The notes under the pieces are model-generated. The model was not told the DNA's origin, ran no database searches, and saw only the letters and a list, made by a program, of their open reading frames with translations. This document shows positions 38,039 through 47,840 of a DNA stretch of 64,000 nt, one piece after another. The stretch is from Cyanobacteria bacterium P01_A01_bin.123 (GTDB lineage: Bacteria > Cyanobacteriota > Cyanobacteriia > Phormidesmidales > Phormidesmidaceae). Location of the stretch: the NCBI GenBank assembly GCA_039815185.1, contig JBCBZT010000013.1:93858-157857 (forward strand), given 5' to 3'. Position numbers and translations under genes: made by a program. The stretch's first letter is position 1. Every line of letters starts with the position of its first letter.

Positions 38039-39817
38039 ATGGTTGCAGCTCACACTTCAGAAACGCAAAAACACTTTGTCCCAGTGGCTCTGGTGGCAGA
38101 CGTGGAGACGGCAGGGGTTTTGGTAGCCCATGCAGAAGGTCAGGGGATTGTCCTTTTCCACCACAACGGTCAGATTTATGCCCTAGATAACCGCTGCCCC
38201 CACATGGGATTTCCGCTCCATAAAGGCAGTGTCAAAGACTGCATTTTGACCTGTCATTGGCACCATGCCCGATTTGACCTGACCAGTGGCGGTACCTTTG
38301 ACATCTGGGCCGATGATGGTCGCGCCTTCCCTGTAGAGCTCCGGGACGGCACCGTTTGGGTTGATCTGACCCCCCCTAAAAATTCCCAAGCCTATCAGCG
38401 ACAGCGGTTAGTCGATGGATTAGAGCAGGGTATTTCCCTAGTGGTCGCCAAGGCGGTGATGGCCCAATTGGCCGCAGGGGTAGATCCCATCGAGCCTTTT
38501 CAAGTGGGACTTGCGTTTGGGGTGCAATATCGTCGAGAAGGCTGGGGAGCAGGCCTAACGATACACACCTGTTTGATGCAGTTACTCCCCTATCTGGATC
38601 CTGAAGATCGCTCCCGAGCCTTGTACCATGGCCTCTCTGCTGTAGCCCGAGATTGCGCGGGCCAGCCGCCTCGCTTCCCCATCCAGCCCCTACCCCAGAC
38701 TCCCGCAGACTTTGCAACCCTAAAAGGCTGGTTCCGGCAGTTTATTCAGGTGCGAGATGCCCAGGGGGCAGAGCGGTGTCTCGCGTCAGCAATTCAAGCG
38801 GGGTTTACGCCGACCCAGATGGCAGAGATGCTCTTCGCCGCCGTCACAAATTATCGCTTCCTCGACGGGGGCCATGCGCTGGACTTTACCAACAAGGCGT
38901 TAGAAGCCCTAGATCTTTCCCAGTGGCAGCAACCGGAGAAGGTACTCACCAGCCTGGTTCGAGGCTACGCTCAAGCGGAACGGATGGAAGAGTCTAATGC
39001 GTGGCGCTATCCCGTTGATCTGGTTGCGATCCTAGAACAAGCCTTTGCAATGCTACCAGATGTCTTCCCAACTGCGATCGCCTCTGAATCAGAAGCCCCA
39101 AATCTCCCTAAAAATCCTCTGGCCGATCGCGATCGCTTGGTCCCCATTTTGCTAGGTGATGATCCCCAAGCGATCGCAGACGCACTGCTGGAGACACTCC
39201 GCCAGGGTTGCACTGCCGAGGATCTGTCAAGTACCGTTGCCTACGCCGCCGCCCTCCGCATTGCCCAGTTTCAAACCAACAACGACTTCCACGATTGGGA
39301 TACCGCGCATCACACCTTCACCTTTGCCAATGCCGTCCATCAAGGATTAAAGCGGGTGGCAACACCTGAGCTGCTGCGAGGCGTCTTTGATGCGGCCATG
39401 GGGATATACCTAGATCGTTTCCTGAATGTGCCCCCCGCTCGCTTGCCCAGTGCTGAAAAACAGGTTGAAACTCCAGAGACCTTATTGGCAGAGTTATCAG
39501 ACCTGCTCGATCGTCAGCAACAGGTCAATTCTGCCGGATCGTTGGTCGGTAACTATCTCCATAGCGGGGGCGATCCCGATCGCCTACTTGCCCTGTTAGG
39601 CAAGCTTCTCCTACGAGAAGACCGGGATTTCCATACAATTCAGAATGTGGCAGCGGCGTTTCAACAATATGAAGCATTACGCTACCAGGAAGCAGGGATA
39701 CATGTGCTGGTGGCCACAACTCGGTATTTAGCTGCCCATGCACCAACCATGCGTTCCCAAGGACAAACCTATGAAATGGCAGCCCGGTTGCAAAAGGGCG
39801 ATCGCGTTTATGAGTAA
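38039..39817 (+). CDS. Rieske [2Fe-2S] domain protein with a long helical C-terminal region
   Basis: NRCPHMGFPL...LTCHWHHARFD Rieske motif. AGGAGG RBS before the ATG at 38039. Confidence 0.88.
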   Translation: MVAAHTSETQKHFVPVALVADVETAGVLVAHAEGQGIVLFHHNGQIYALDNRCPHMGFPLHKGSVKDCILTCHWHHARFDLTSGGTFDIWADDGRAFPVELRDGTVWVDLTPPKNSQAYQRQRLVDGLEQGISLVVAKAVMAQLAAGVDPIEPFQVGLAFGVQYRREGWGAGLTIHTCLMQLLPYLDPEDRSRALYHGLSAVARDCAGQPPRFPIQPLPQTPADFATLKGWFRQFIQVRDAQGAERCLASAIQAGFTPTQMAEMLFAAVTNYRFLDGGHALDFTNKALEALDLSQWQQPEKVLTSLVRGYAQAERMEESNAWRYPVDLVAILEQAFAMLPDVFPTAIASESEAPNLPKNPLADRDRLVPILLGDDPQAIADALLETLRQGCTAEDLSSTVAYAAALRIAQFQTNNDFHDWDTAHHTFTFANAVHQGLKRVATPELLRGVFDAAMGIYLDRFLNVPPARLPSAEKQVETPETLLAELSDLLDRQQQVNSAGSLVGNYLHSGGDPDRLLALLGKLLLREDRDFHTIQNVAAAFQQYEALRYQEAGIHVLVATTRYLAAHAPTMRSQGQTYEMAARLQKGDRVYE

Positions 39818-39929
39818 AAACTTTACGCTTATACTCAATCCGATGTCTGGTAAGCGACACGATAGCTCTGATGACACCATCAATATCGTCACTGTAGATG
39901 AAGCAGCTCACTATCCTTACTATGGATGA
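39810..39929 (+). pseudogene. Possible N-terminal remnant of a YegS/diacylglycerol-kinase-family gene
   Basis: The ATG overlaps the end of the Rieske gene. MSKNFTLILNPMSGK resembles the DAGKc 'I.NP.SG' start, and the ORF stops inside a tandem duplication. Confidence 0.3.
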
Positions 39930-39946
39930 AGCAGCTCACTATCCTT
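39891..39946 (+). repeat. 28-bp tandem duplication
   Basis: ACTGTAGATGAAGCAGCTCACTATCCTT followed by ACTATGGATGAAGCAGCTCACTATCCTT (26/28 identical). Confidence 0.85.
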
Positions 39947-39950
39947 TCCC

Positions 39951-40754
39951 ATGTCAGAAATCTTTAGTCTCTCCATCGGCAGCGCCCAGCTTGCAGGCGA
40001 GCGAGCTGGGGATGGAGAGCCCTTAGTATTTCTCCATGCGGGTGTTGCTGACAGACGAATGTGGCTGTCCCAGATGGCTGAATTGAGTGACGGGCATCAC
40101 ACGGTTGCCTATGACCGTCGCGGTTTTGGTGAAACTACCACAATGGATGAAGCTTTCTCTCATGTTGAAGACTTGAGAGAACTGCTAGATCAATTAGATA
40201 TTTCAACGGGGACTCTTATTGGCTGCTCGCAAGGGGGGCGTGTTGCCATCGATTTCGTCCTAGCTTATCCCCAACGGGTGAATGCGCTTGTGCTGATCTC
40301 ACCTGCTATCAGCGGTGCCCCCGTTCCTGAAGCCTTCCCCAGCGAAATTCAAACGCTGATGGCAGCTCTGGACGAAGCAGATGAAGCGGATGACTTGGAT
40401 CGAATAAATGCGATTGAAGCTAACTTGTGGCTGGATGGCCCGACGAGCCCTGTTGGCAGAGTGGGGAGCAGCCTGAGAGAGCTGTTTCTGGATATGAACG
40501 GCATTGCTTTAGGCATGCCGGAACTCACCCAGGAGATTGAGCCTGCCTCTGCCTATGAGAAATTATCTAATTTGTCGTTGTCAACCCTGGTGATTTGGGG
40601 GGAGTTGGATTTTCCCCACATCAAGGAATGTTGTCGTTACATTGTGGAATCTATTCTTGCTGCGCAGGGCATAGAAATAGCTGCAACGGCTCATCTTCCC
40701 AACCTTGAAAAGCCTGAAACCATCAACGAACTACTGCAAGATTTTCTGAAGTGA
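39951..40754 (+). CDS. Alpha/beta-fold hydrolase
   Basis: FLHAG, YDRRGFG, GCSQGG nucleophile, GELD and AHLPNLE. Confidence 0.9.
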   Translation: MSEIFSLSIGSAQLAGERAGDGEPLVFLHAGVADRRMWLSQMAELSDGHHTVAYDRRGFGETTTMDEAFSHVEDLRELLDQLDISTGTLIGCSQGGRVAIDFVLAYPQRVNALVLISPAISGAPVPEAFPSEIQTLMAALDEADEADDLDRINAIEANLWLDGPTSPVGRVGSSLRELFLDMNGIALGMPELTQEIEPASAYEKLSNLSLSTLVIWGELDFPHIKECCRYIVESILAAQGIEIAATAHLPNLEKPETINELLQDFLK

Positions 40755-40760
40755 TTGCAG

Positions 40761-41255
40761 TTACTCCAGCTCAAACGATAGCAACAGCTTCCGCAACAGC
40801 AGTGCTAACGATTCACGCTCCGATGCCTCAAAAATGCTGAGGATCTGATGCAGATTAGCAACGTGCGCTTCAACCGCCTGCTCAATTAGACTCAACCCTT
40901 TGTCGGTTAACTCAATTAAAGTGCCTCGGCGATCGCTCGGATCAGGGATACGCTTTACCCATCCAGACTGTTCTAGTCGATCAATCCGATGGGTCATGGT
41001 GCCAGACGAAATCATCATGGCCTTGAACAAATCCGTTGGTGACAGCTGATAAGGATGTCCTGAGCGACGCAGCGTCGCCAGCACATCGAATTCTCCAGGA
41101 TTCAGTCCAAACTCAGAAACCGTTGCTTGAACCGCGCGATCGAGATGTTTGGCTAACCGCGCCATTCGCCCGATTACCCCCATAGGCGACGCATCCAGGT
41201 CAGGCCGCTCACGCTGCCATTGACCCAAAATTTTATCGACGGGATCAGACGTCAT
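40761..41255 (-). CDS. MarR family regulator, PecS/UrtR-type
   Basis: N-terminal DPVDKILGQWQRERPDLD helix, EFDVLATLRRSG, SGTMTHRIDRLE and DRR. Confidence 0.88.
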   Translation of the reverse strand: MTSDPVDKILGQWQRERPDLDASPMGVIGRMARLAKHLDRAVQATVSEFGLNPGEFDVLATLRRSGHPYQLSPTDLFKAMMISSGTMTHRIDRLEQSGWVKRIPDPSDRRGTLIELTDKGLSLIEQAVEAHVANLHQILSIFEASERESLALLLRKLLLSFELE

Positions 41256-41276
41256 GCGCCAACTTTTCACTCAGAT

Positions 41277-41346
41277 TCTTGATGTCAACTATCTTAACAT
41301 CGAGATAACTGCTACAATCTTCATGTCAAGTCTCTCGATGTCGAGA
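41277..41346. promoter_or_regulatory. Four MarR/PecS-type palindromic operator boxes
   Basis: TCTTGATGTCAACT (41277), TCTTAACATCGAGA (41292), TCTTCATGTCAAGT (41318) and TCTCGATGTCGAGA (41333). Confidence 0.75.
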
Positions 41347-41369
41347 TAAATAGATTCGGAGACACTAAG

Positions 41370-41891
41370 ATGAACCATTTTGTTGTTTGGCTCAAGCGCA
41401 ATCGTTGGGTTTTGCTGATCGGAGGGATAACAGCCCTAGTCCTTGGCTTGAGTAGCGTCCGCGCCATGGCGGCTACCCCACCTGACAGCGTCACCTTTTT
41501 TGATAATCCAGATCTACAAATCTCCAATGGGGTAGCGGTTCCTCGTGATACCAGCTACTTTTTCACCAGTGGTTTGACGCCACGTCCTTTATCTGACGGC
41601 ACCTATGAACCCAGTACCTTTGATCAGTCGGTTGATGTGCTGTCGCGCATAGAAGCGCTACTGGCGGAAGAAGCGCTCAGTATGTCAGATGTGATTGCTA
41701 TGAATGTTTACCTGACTGCTGATCCGGAAACAGGTGAAGTCGACTATCAGAGTTGGTTTGATGCCTATGGCCAGTTTTTTGATAATGAAGAGAATCCGGT
41801 CAAAACAGCTCGAACCGTTGTGGCTGTTGCCGATCTGATAGTTCCTGATTGGCGGGTTGAAGCATCTGCGATCGCAGTTTATCCCCGCTAG
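41370..41891 (+). CDS. Rid (YjgF/YER057c/UK114) family protein with N-terminal signal peptide
   Basis: Sec-type leader (KRNR, hydrophobic core, AMA), FTSG, LSMSDVI.MNVYL, TART and WRVEASAIAV. Confidence 0.82.
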   Translation: MNHFVVWLKRNRWVLLIGGITALVLGLSSVRAMAATPPDSVTFFDNPDLQISNGVAVPRDTSYFFTSGLTPRPLSDGTYEPSTFDQSVDVLSRIEALLAEEALSMSDVIAMNVYLTADPETGEVDYQSWFDAYGQFFDNEENPVKTARTVVAVADLIVPDWRVEASAIAVYPR

Positions 41892-42051
41892 AGTTATCCA
41901 CTACCCAGTCGATAACCCCAACACAGTCTTATCGAGTGGTCGAGACATTTGAGCATTCGATAAGACACGCAACTTGCTGATGAGAACGGAAAAAGCTGGC
42001 GAAAGCCGGTAATCTCTTCAGATTGAACCTGAAGACTCGGATAACTCAGAG

Positions 42052-42065
42052 TCTTGAATTCGAGA
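42052..42065. promoter_or_regulatory. Fifth MarR-type box upstream of the DMT gene
   Basis: TCTTGAATTCGAGA, at the same distance from the ATG as the last box before the Rid gene. Confidence 0.6.
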
Positions 42066-42088
42066 TCAATAAGCTTGGAGACACAAGC

Positions 42089-42544
42089 ATGAACGGACGG
42101 ACAATTTTTCTTTTAGCGGCATTGGCAGGTGGGGCGGTTCTTCCGGTTCAAGTTGCCTTGAACACGCTGTTGCGACGCCATGTCGGTGAACCCATGCAGG
42201 TTACCTTTATTTCGTATCTTGCAGGAGCCTTGGCATCGCTGGTGATCTGTGTCTTGGCGCGCTATCCATTGCCTACTGCAACTGCGCTGTCTCAAACCAC
42301 TTGGTGGATGTGGGTTGGTGGCTGTTTAGGCACGTTTTATGTGTGGTCTACTATTTTTGCAACCCCTAGGATTGGAGCCGCGCTTGCCCTTGGGCTGACG
42401 ATCGCCGGTCAAATGATTGCAGCACTTTTCTTAGACCATTATGGAGCGCTCGGATTGACTAAATATGCGGCGAGTCCAACCCGAATTGCAGGGGTCGTAT
42501 TGGTTGTGCTGGGCGTTTCTATGGTCGCCTATGTCAGGCGTTAA
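42089..42544 (+). CDS. DMT family transporter (YdcZ/DUF606-like)
   Basis: LPVQVALN..L, WW...GG.LG, P.IGA and GQMIAALFLDHYG. Confidence 0.88.
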   Translation: MNGRTIFLLAALAGGAVLPVQVALNTLLRRHVGEPMQVTFISYLAGALASLVICVLARYPLPTATALSQTTWWMWVGGCLGTFYVWSTIFATPRIGAALALGLTIAGQMIAALFLDHYGALGLTKYAASPTRIAGVVLVVLGVSMVAYVRR

Positions 42545-42550
42545 TTTTGA

Positions 42551-42769
42551 ATGGTAGACGCGTTGCCCCCGCGCCGTACTTGGACTTCCCCCACGTTGGG
42601 CGTCAAATTTGAAATGTTTGAGGATGGCCTAGCGCTGTTTTACCCCGGCGGTGAATGCTTCAAAGACCCGGAGGAGCTATTTCAGGAACGCAATCAAACT
42701 CAGCAAACCCTAGAGCGGGCGATGGCTAAACTCCGAGAACTGGGTATCAATCCAGAAGAACTTGAGTAG
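42551..42769 (+). pseudogene. C-terminal fragment of a Uma2-family gene
   Basis: WTSPTLGVKFE...LALFYPGGE.F...AKLRELGINPE is the usual tail of long Uma2 proteins. The catalytic N-terminal part is missing. Confidence 0.65.
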
Positions 42770-42880
42770 TGACCCTATCGTCTCCTGCTTGATCTCCGCG
42801 GTCACTCGACTGTTGAATTACCCATACAAACCAGTGCTAAGCAAAGAATTAGCTGTCGCTAAGAGGCTTAATTTGGCGCT

Positions 42881-44725
42881 TTAAAGACCCGATTGACTAC
42901 TCACTGAAAGCAGTTGTCGCTGTTGAATATCGTCGAGATTGCTGTCTGGAATGGCGGCAATTAGCTGTTGAGTATAGGGTTGCTGCGGTGAATTGTAAAT
43001 CTCATCAGCGGTGCCAATCTCTTCAATTTTGCCTTTGTTCATGACCATAATGCGATCGCTGACAAATTTCACCACGCTCAAATCGTGGGAGATAAAGATG
43101 TAAGTCAGCTTGAACGCTTGCTGCAAGTCTTTTAGCAAATTCAGCACCTGTGCTTGAACCGAGACATCCAATGCAGAAACCGACTCATCGCAAATAATAA
43201 ACTTAGGTTCACAAGCCAGGGTGCGGGCAATGCAAATTCGCTGCCGCTGACCACCCGAAAATTCGTGGGGCATTCGTCTCAGAGCGCTGGCATCTAGCCC
43301 CACCCGCTCTAGTAGGCTGGTTGCACGCGCTTGGCGCTCAGTTTCGGTGCCGCCAAGGCCATGAATCCGCATGGGTTCAATAATTGCTGCGCCAATACTT
43401 TGGCGGGCATCGAGAGACCCGTAGGGATTTTGAAACACAATTTGCATCTCTCGCCGTAGGCGGCGCATCTCCGCAGTACTGAGATCTAAAACCGATCGCC
43501 CATCAAAGTGAATTGCTCCGCGTGTGGGTTCAATCAGCCGTAGCAAGCAGCGGCTGAGGGTAGACTTGCCGCAACCCGACTCGCCCACTAATCCCAGCGT
43601 CTCCCCCGGATAAACGTCAAAGCTGACACTATCGACGGCTCGAAATTCAGTCCTTTGGGCAAAAAAGCCGTGGCTAACCGGAAATGCTTTGGTTAACCCT
43701 TGAACCTTTAGCAGCGGGGGTTGCTGCAAGAGCCCCTGACGGTGTTGGGCAATTTCCTGACGGCTGACCTCGGCCAGCAGTTCAGCTTTTTCTGCTGCTG
43801 TACGTACCTTGGCAACAATCTGCACCGCGTCGCTGCTTTCTCCATCTGTGTCACGCTCGTCAACCGATTGAACTTCCATGAAGTCACTCACGGTGGGCAA
43901 TCGCCGGAGTTGCTGATGGGGGCGGGGGCGACAGTTCAGCAGTCCTTGGGTGTAGGGATGCTGAGGATGGGCAAAGAGATCGTACACGGGGGCAATTTCA
44001 ACCAGATCACCTTTGTACATGACAGCAACGCGATCGGCGATTTCTGACACCACGCCCATATCGTGGGTGATAAACAAAATGGCGGTGCCCCGCGCCGTTT
44101 GCAAATCGCGCAACAGATCGAGAATGGTGGCTTGAATGGTGACATCCAAAGCCGTTGTAGGTTCATCTGCGATCAGCACTGCAGGGTTGCCCGCGAGAGC
44201 GATCGCGATCATCACCCGTTGCTGCTGTCCGCCAGAGAGTTGATGGGGATAACGCCCTAAAATCTCTTCAGGATTAGGCAGCTTCACTTCTTCAAACAAC
44301 TCTATCGCCTTGCTTCTGGCCGCTTTTGACTGGAGCCCTTGGTGGAGTCGTAGCGCTTCTGTGAGTTGGTCACCGCAGGTATAGACCGGGTTGAGAGAGG
44401 TCAGCGGCTCCTGAAAAATCATTGAAATCAACTTGCCGCGATACTGGCGTCGTTCTTCCTTCGACAGCTTGATTAAATCGGTTGGCTGGGCATCGGGCAC
44501 ATTTGGATTGCGAAACCAAACTTCACCGGACAGATCAACGCCCCTCCCCAATAACCCAATTAAGGCTAAAGACGTCACCGATTTCCCTGAACCCGATTCA
44601 CCCACAAGACCCAGCGTTTCCCCGGGGGCAATGGAAAATGAAACGGATTTGACTGCGGCGACCGCCCCCGCTTTGGTGGGAAATGTCACAGAGAGATTGC
44701 GGATGTCAAGGATGGGAAAAGACAT
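42881..44725 (-). CDS. Peptide/nickel ABC transporter ATP-binding protein (fused double ATPase)
   Basis: Two [16 protein letters not shown] Walker A motifs, LSGGQQQR and FSGGQRQR, and HPYT. Confidence 0.93.
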   Translation of the reverse strand: MSFPILDIRNLSVTFPTKAGAVAAVKSVSFSIAPGETLGLVGESGSGKSVTSLALIGLLGRGVDLSGEVWFRNPNVPDAQPTDLIKLSKEERRQYRGKLISMIFQEPLTSLNPVYTCGDQLTEALRLHQGLQSKAARSKAIELFEEVKLPNPEEILGRYPHQLSGGQQQRVMIAIALAGNPAVLIADEPTTALDVTIQATILDLLRDLQTARGTAILFITHDMGVVSEIADRVAVMYKGDLVEIAPVYDLFAHPQHPYTQGLLNCRPRPHQQLRRLPTVSDFMEVQSVDERDTDGESSDAVQIVAKVRTAAEKAELLAEVSRQEIAQHRQGLLQQPPLLKVQGLTKAFPVSHGFFAQRTEFRAVDSVSFDVYPGETLGLVGESGCGKSTLSRCLLRLIEPTRGAIHFDGRSVLDLSTAEMRRLRREMQIVFQNPYGSLDARQSIGAAIIEPMRIHGLGGTETERQARATSLLERVGLDASALRRMPHEFSGGQRQRICIARTLACEPKFIICDESVSALDVSVQAQVLNLLKDLQQAFKLTYIFISHDLSVVKFVSDRIMVMNKGKIEEIGTADEIYNSPQQPYTQQLIAAIPDSNLDDIQQRQLLSVSSQSGL

Positions 44726-45136
44726 TTATATACTCAGCTAATGACTAAATCTGACAAAGCTTTTTTAGCAATTGTTCTAGCTGTTAAATTTTTATCAATC
44801 AAAGAAATTGAGGCAACTATCAATGGCTTAGTTCTCTTGATCCAGGGAAGTGTTATAGAGAAAAATGAATACTACGATAAAGCGAATTTTCTTGAAGCGA
44901 AAATGCTATTTTGGGATAATAAAAGCTTCTGGCAATCCCCATAAAAAGACGTCTATGTCATGTATAAAGGGGCTCTATAGATTTATTTGCTATCAACAAT
45001 AAACACAAGATACGAACCTATTTGTATCCATTTACTCATTTTCTCGTGCGAAGATTCATGTAGGTTTTGTACACCAGTTTGAGGTGCTTGGTAAAGTGCC
45101 ATTCAGTATATTTTTAGATGTTAGGAGCTAGGCGGG

Positions 45137-46810
45137 ATGCACAAACAAGGGTCTTTTCGGCGATATTTTCGGCAAATTGTTTTAGCCTTGTTTGCGCTGA
45201 CGTTAACTGTCGTGCTGTCCAACTGTGGGGGCGCACCCGAATCTACGGGCGATGCTTCTGCGCCGGGTGAGGCAACGGCTCCGGCAGATACGGGAGCCCT
45301 CGTTTTTGGTTCAGGGGGCCAGCCCGTCAATCTTACGCCAGGCAACATTACCGATGGCAATTCCATCTATGCCCAGCTGCAAATTTATAACTACTTAATT
45401 GGGGCTGAACCGGGTACAACTGACCTTGTTCCTGAGCTGGCGACTGAGTGGAGTGCTTCGGATGACGGCTTGATCTGGACGTTCAATTTGCGTGAAGGGG
45501 TCAAGTTTCACGACGATACTGACTTCAATGCCGAAGCTGTTGTGTTCAATGTCAACCGCTGGTGGGATCCAGAGTTTGAATATGGGTTTCGAGCTGAGGG
45601 TAATCTCTATGAAATTTGGACCGATCTGTTTGGCGGATTTAAGGGGGATGAAGCCTCTACGTTAGTCGATGTCAGGGCTGTAGATGACCTGACCGTTGAA
45701 TTTGAACTGGCTGAACCCTTTGCGGCATTTCCAGCGGCGGTCGCGTCAGCCTACTTTGGCATTGCTAGCCCCACCGCCATGCAAGAGGCGGGGGCAGACT
45801 ACGGAACACCCTCTGGTGTGGCGGTGGGAACTGGCCCCTTTGTGTTTGACGAGTGGATTAGCGGCGATCGCATTACCTTTTCCAAATTTGCTGACTATTG
45901 GGAAGAGGGCATGCCCAAGGTGGAGCAGTTGGTGATGACCTTTGTGGAAGATCCCGCTGCCCGTCTGGCCCAATTGCGGGCAGGTACTTTGGACTTTACC
46001 GTTGATTTGACCCCCGATCAGCTAGCAGAAATTGAGTCAGATCCCAACCTGGAAGCCGTTTTCCGACCTTCATTCAATGTTGGCTATTTAGCCCTTAATC
46101 CAAGCTACGAACCCCTGGCGTCTGTGGAAGTCCGCAAAGCGATCGCCCAAGCGATCAATAAGCCTGCCATTGTAGAGGCATTTTGGGGAGAGCTGGGCGA
46201 AACCAACGGTCACTTTGTGCCGCCATCACTGGAGAACTATACCAGCGACAACGTGGATGACTACGAATACGATCCAGAAGCGGCCCAAGCTGCGATCGCA
46301 GAAGCGGGCTATCCCGATGGGTTTGATCTAGACCTGTGGTACATGCCCGTGAGTCGGCCCTACTTCCCCAATCCAAAACCGATTGCCGAAGCCTTTGCGG
46401 CAGAACTCAGCCAAATTGGCATTCGCGTCAATTTACAAACCAAAGATTGGGGCGCGTATCTAGAAGACCGCAACACTGCACCCGGGTTTCAATCTTTCAT
46501 GTTGGGTTGGACGGGTGACTACGGCGATCCAGACAACTTCCTCTACGCCCACTTTGGCCCTGGTTCGACTCAAGATTTGGGCGACTATCAAAATCCTGAA
46601 CTGTTCGATCTGCTTAGCCAAGCCCGTTCTGCAACCGACGACGCTGAACGAGAAACGCTTTACAAAGAAGTAGACGACGTCATTTTTGCCGAGGCCCTGC
46701 GCATCCCCATTGTGCATTCCCAACCCCTGCTGGCAAAGCGCACCAATATCGATGGTTGGAGTCCTAGCCCATTAGGCAACGAACCCTTCCCCGAAGTCGA
46801 AAAAACATAA
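45137..46810 (+). CDS. dppA: Peptide ABC transporter substrate-binding lipoprotein (SBP family 5)
   Basis: Lipobox-like LSNC, PELATEW, FNLREGVKFHD, GTGPF, VSRPYFPNPK and GWTGDYGDPDNF. Confidence 0.88.
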   Translation: MHKQGSFRRYFRQIVLALFALTLTVVLSNCGGAPESTGDASAPGEATAPADTGALVFGSGGQPVNLTPGNITDGNSIYAQLQIYNYLIGAEPGTTDLVPELATEWSASDDGLIWTFNLREGVKFHDDTDFNAEAVVFNVNRWWDPEFEYGFRAEGNLYEIWTDLFGGFKGDEASTLVDVRAVDDLTVEFELAEPFAAFPAAVASAYFGIASPTAMQEAGADYGTPSGVAVGTGPFVFDEWISGDRITFSKFADYWEEGMPKVEQLVMTFVEDPAARLAQLRAGTLDFTVDLTPDQLAEIESDPNLEAVFRPSFNVGYLALNPSYEPLASVEVRKAIAQAINKPAIVEAFWGELGETNGHFVPPSLENYTSDNVDDYEYDPEAAQAAIAEAGYPDGFDLDLWYMPVSRPYFPNPKPIAEAFAAELSQIGIRVNLQTKDWGAYLEDRNTAPGFQSFMLGWTGDYGDPDNFLYAHFGPGSTQDLGDYQNPELFDLLSQARSATDDAERETLYKEVDDVIFAEALRIPIVHSQPLLAKRTNIDGWSPSPLGNEPFPEVEKT

Positions 46811-46828
46811 CCTTCGTATAGGTGCCCC

Positions 46829-47839
46829 GTGGGTAGATACATTTTCAGACGACTGCTTCAGCTAGTGCCCGTACTGCTCGGCATTTCGCTGCTGGTCTTT
46901 GCGTTTCTGCATTTGATTCCGGGTGATCCAGCGGTGACCATGTTGGGCGATCGCGCCACGCCCGATCAAGTTGAGGCCCTGCGAGAACGCATGGGGCTGA
47001 ACGAACCTTTATCGAGCCAGTACCTATCTTTTTTAGGCAGCTTAATCAGGTTTGATTTAGGCAGCAGTATTTTTACCGGGGTCCCCATTTGGGACGAAAT
47101 TAAGCTGCGCTGGCCCGCCACCTTTGAGCTGTCCATCATGGCAATGCTGATTGCCTTGATCCTTGGCATTCCGGCAGGGGTGATCGCAGCGGTTCGCAAA
47201 AACAGCATTGTCGATAATCTGACGATGAGCGGTTCCCTGCTGGGGGTCTCGATGCCCGTTTACTGGCTGGGTCTATTACTGGTCTATTTATTTGCCGTCA
47301 ATTTGCAGTGGTTACCGCCCAGCGGTCGTATTGGGGTGAATGTAGGCTACAGCTTTGAACCCATTACCGGGTTTTTCATCCTAGACACCCTGATTCGGGG
47401 CAACTTCACAGCATTCCGAGATGTCATAGCCCATTTGGCGTTGCCAGCCATAACGCTCAGCACCATTCCCCTGGCGATTTTGGCCCGCATTACCCGCAGC
47501 GCCATGCTGGAAGTACTTTCCCAAGACTATATCCGCACGGCTAGAGCCAAAGGTCTGATTGAGTTTTGGGTGATTGGTAAGCATGCGCTCAAAAACGCCA
47601 TGCTGCCAGTTGTAACGATTGTCGGGCTAGAATTTGGCACACTGCTGGGCGGCGCTATCCTCACCGAAACGATTTTTTCCTGGCCCGGAATTGGCAAATG
47701 GATTTACGAAGGCATTTTGCAGCGCGACTATCCGGTGGTGCAGGGTGGCGTGGTGTTTGTGGCCTTTGTATTTGTCTTGGTCAACTTGATTGTCGATATT
47801 TCCTACGCCTTTTTGGATCCGAGGATTCAGTATAAATAG
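46829..47839 (+). CDS. dppB: Peptide ABC transporter permease
   Basis: IPGDP, PATFEL, DYIRTARAKGL, ETIFSWPGIG and DPRI. Confidence 0.88.
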   Translation: MGRYIFRRLLQLVPVLLGISLLVFAFLHLIPGDPAVTMLGDRATPDQVEALRERMGLNEPLSSQYLSFLGSLIRFDLGSSIFTGVPIWDEIKLRWPATFELSIMAMLIALILGIPAGVIAAVRKNSIVDNLTMSGSLLGVSMPVYWLGLLLVYLFAVNLQWLPPSGRIGVNVGYSFEPITGFFILDTLIRGNFTAFRDVIAHLALPAITLSTIPLAILARITRSAMLEVLSQDYIRTARAKGLIEFWVIGKHALKNAMLPVVTIVGLEFGTLLGGAILTETIFSWPGIGKWIYEGILQRDYPVVQGGVVFVAFVFVLVNLIVDISYAFLDPRIQYK

Positions 47840-47840
47840 T

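Noticed and set aside
39891..39946. Possible CRISPR mini-array
   Set aside because: Only two abutting units, with no spacer and no cas genes. It is a simple tandem duplication.
41977..42016. Hammerhead-like core CTGATGAG...CGAAA
   Set aside because: Stem II pairs poorly, and I could not find stem I or III partners around a UH cleavage site.
44741..45120. 67-aa ORF and possible NtcA sites in the dpp divergent region
   Set aside because: The ORF looks like AT-rich promoter DNA. The GTA...TAC pairs I checked have 6- or 7-nt spacers, not the canonical 8.
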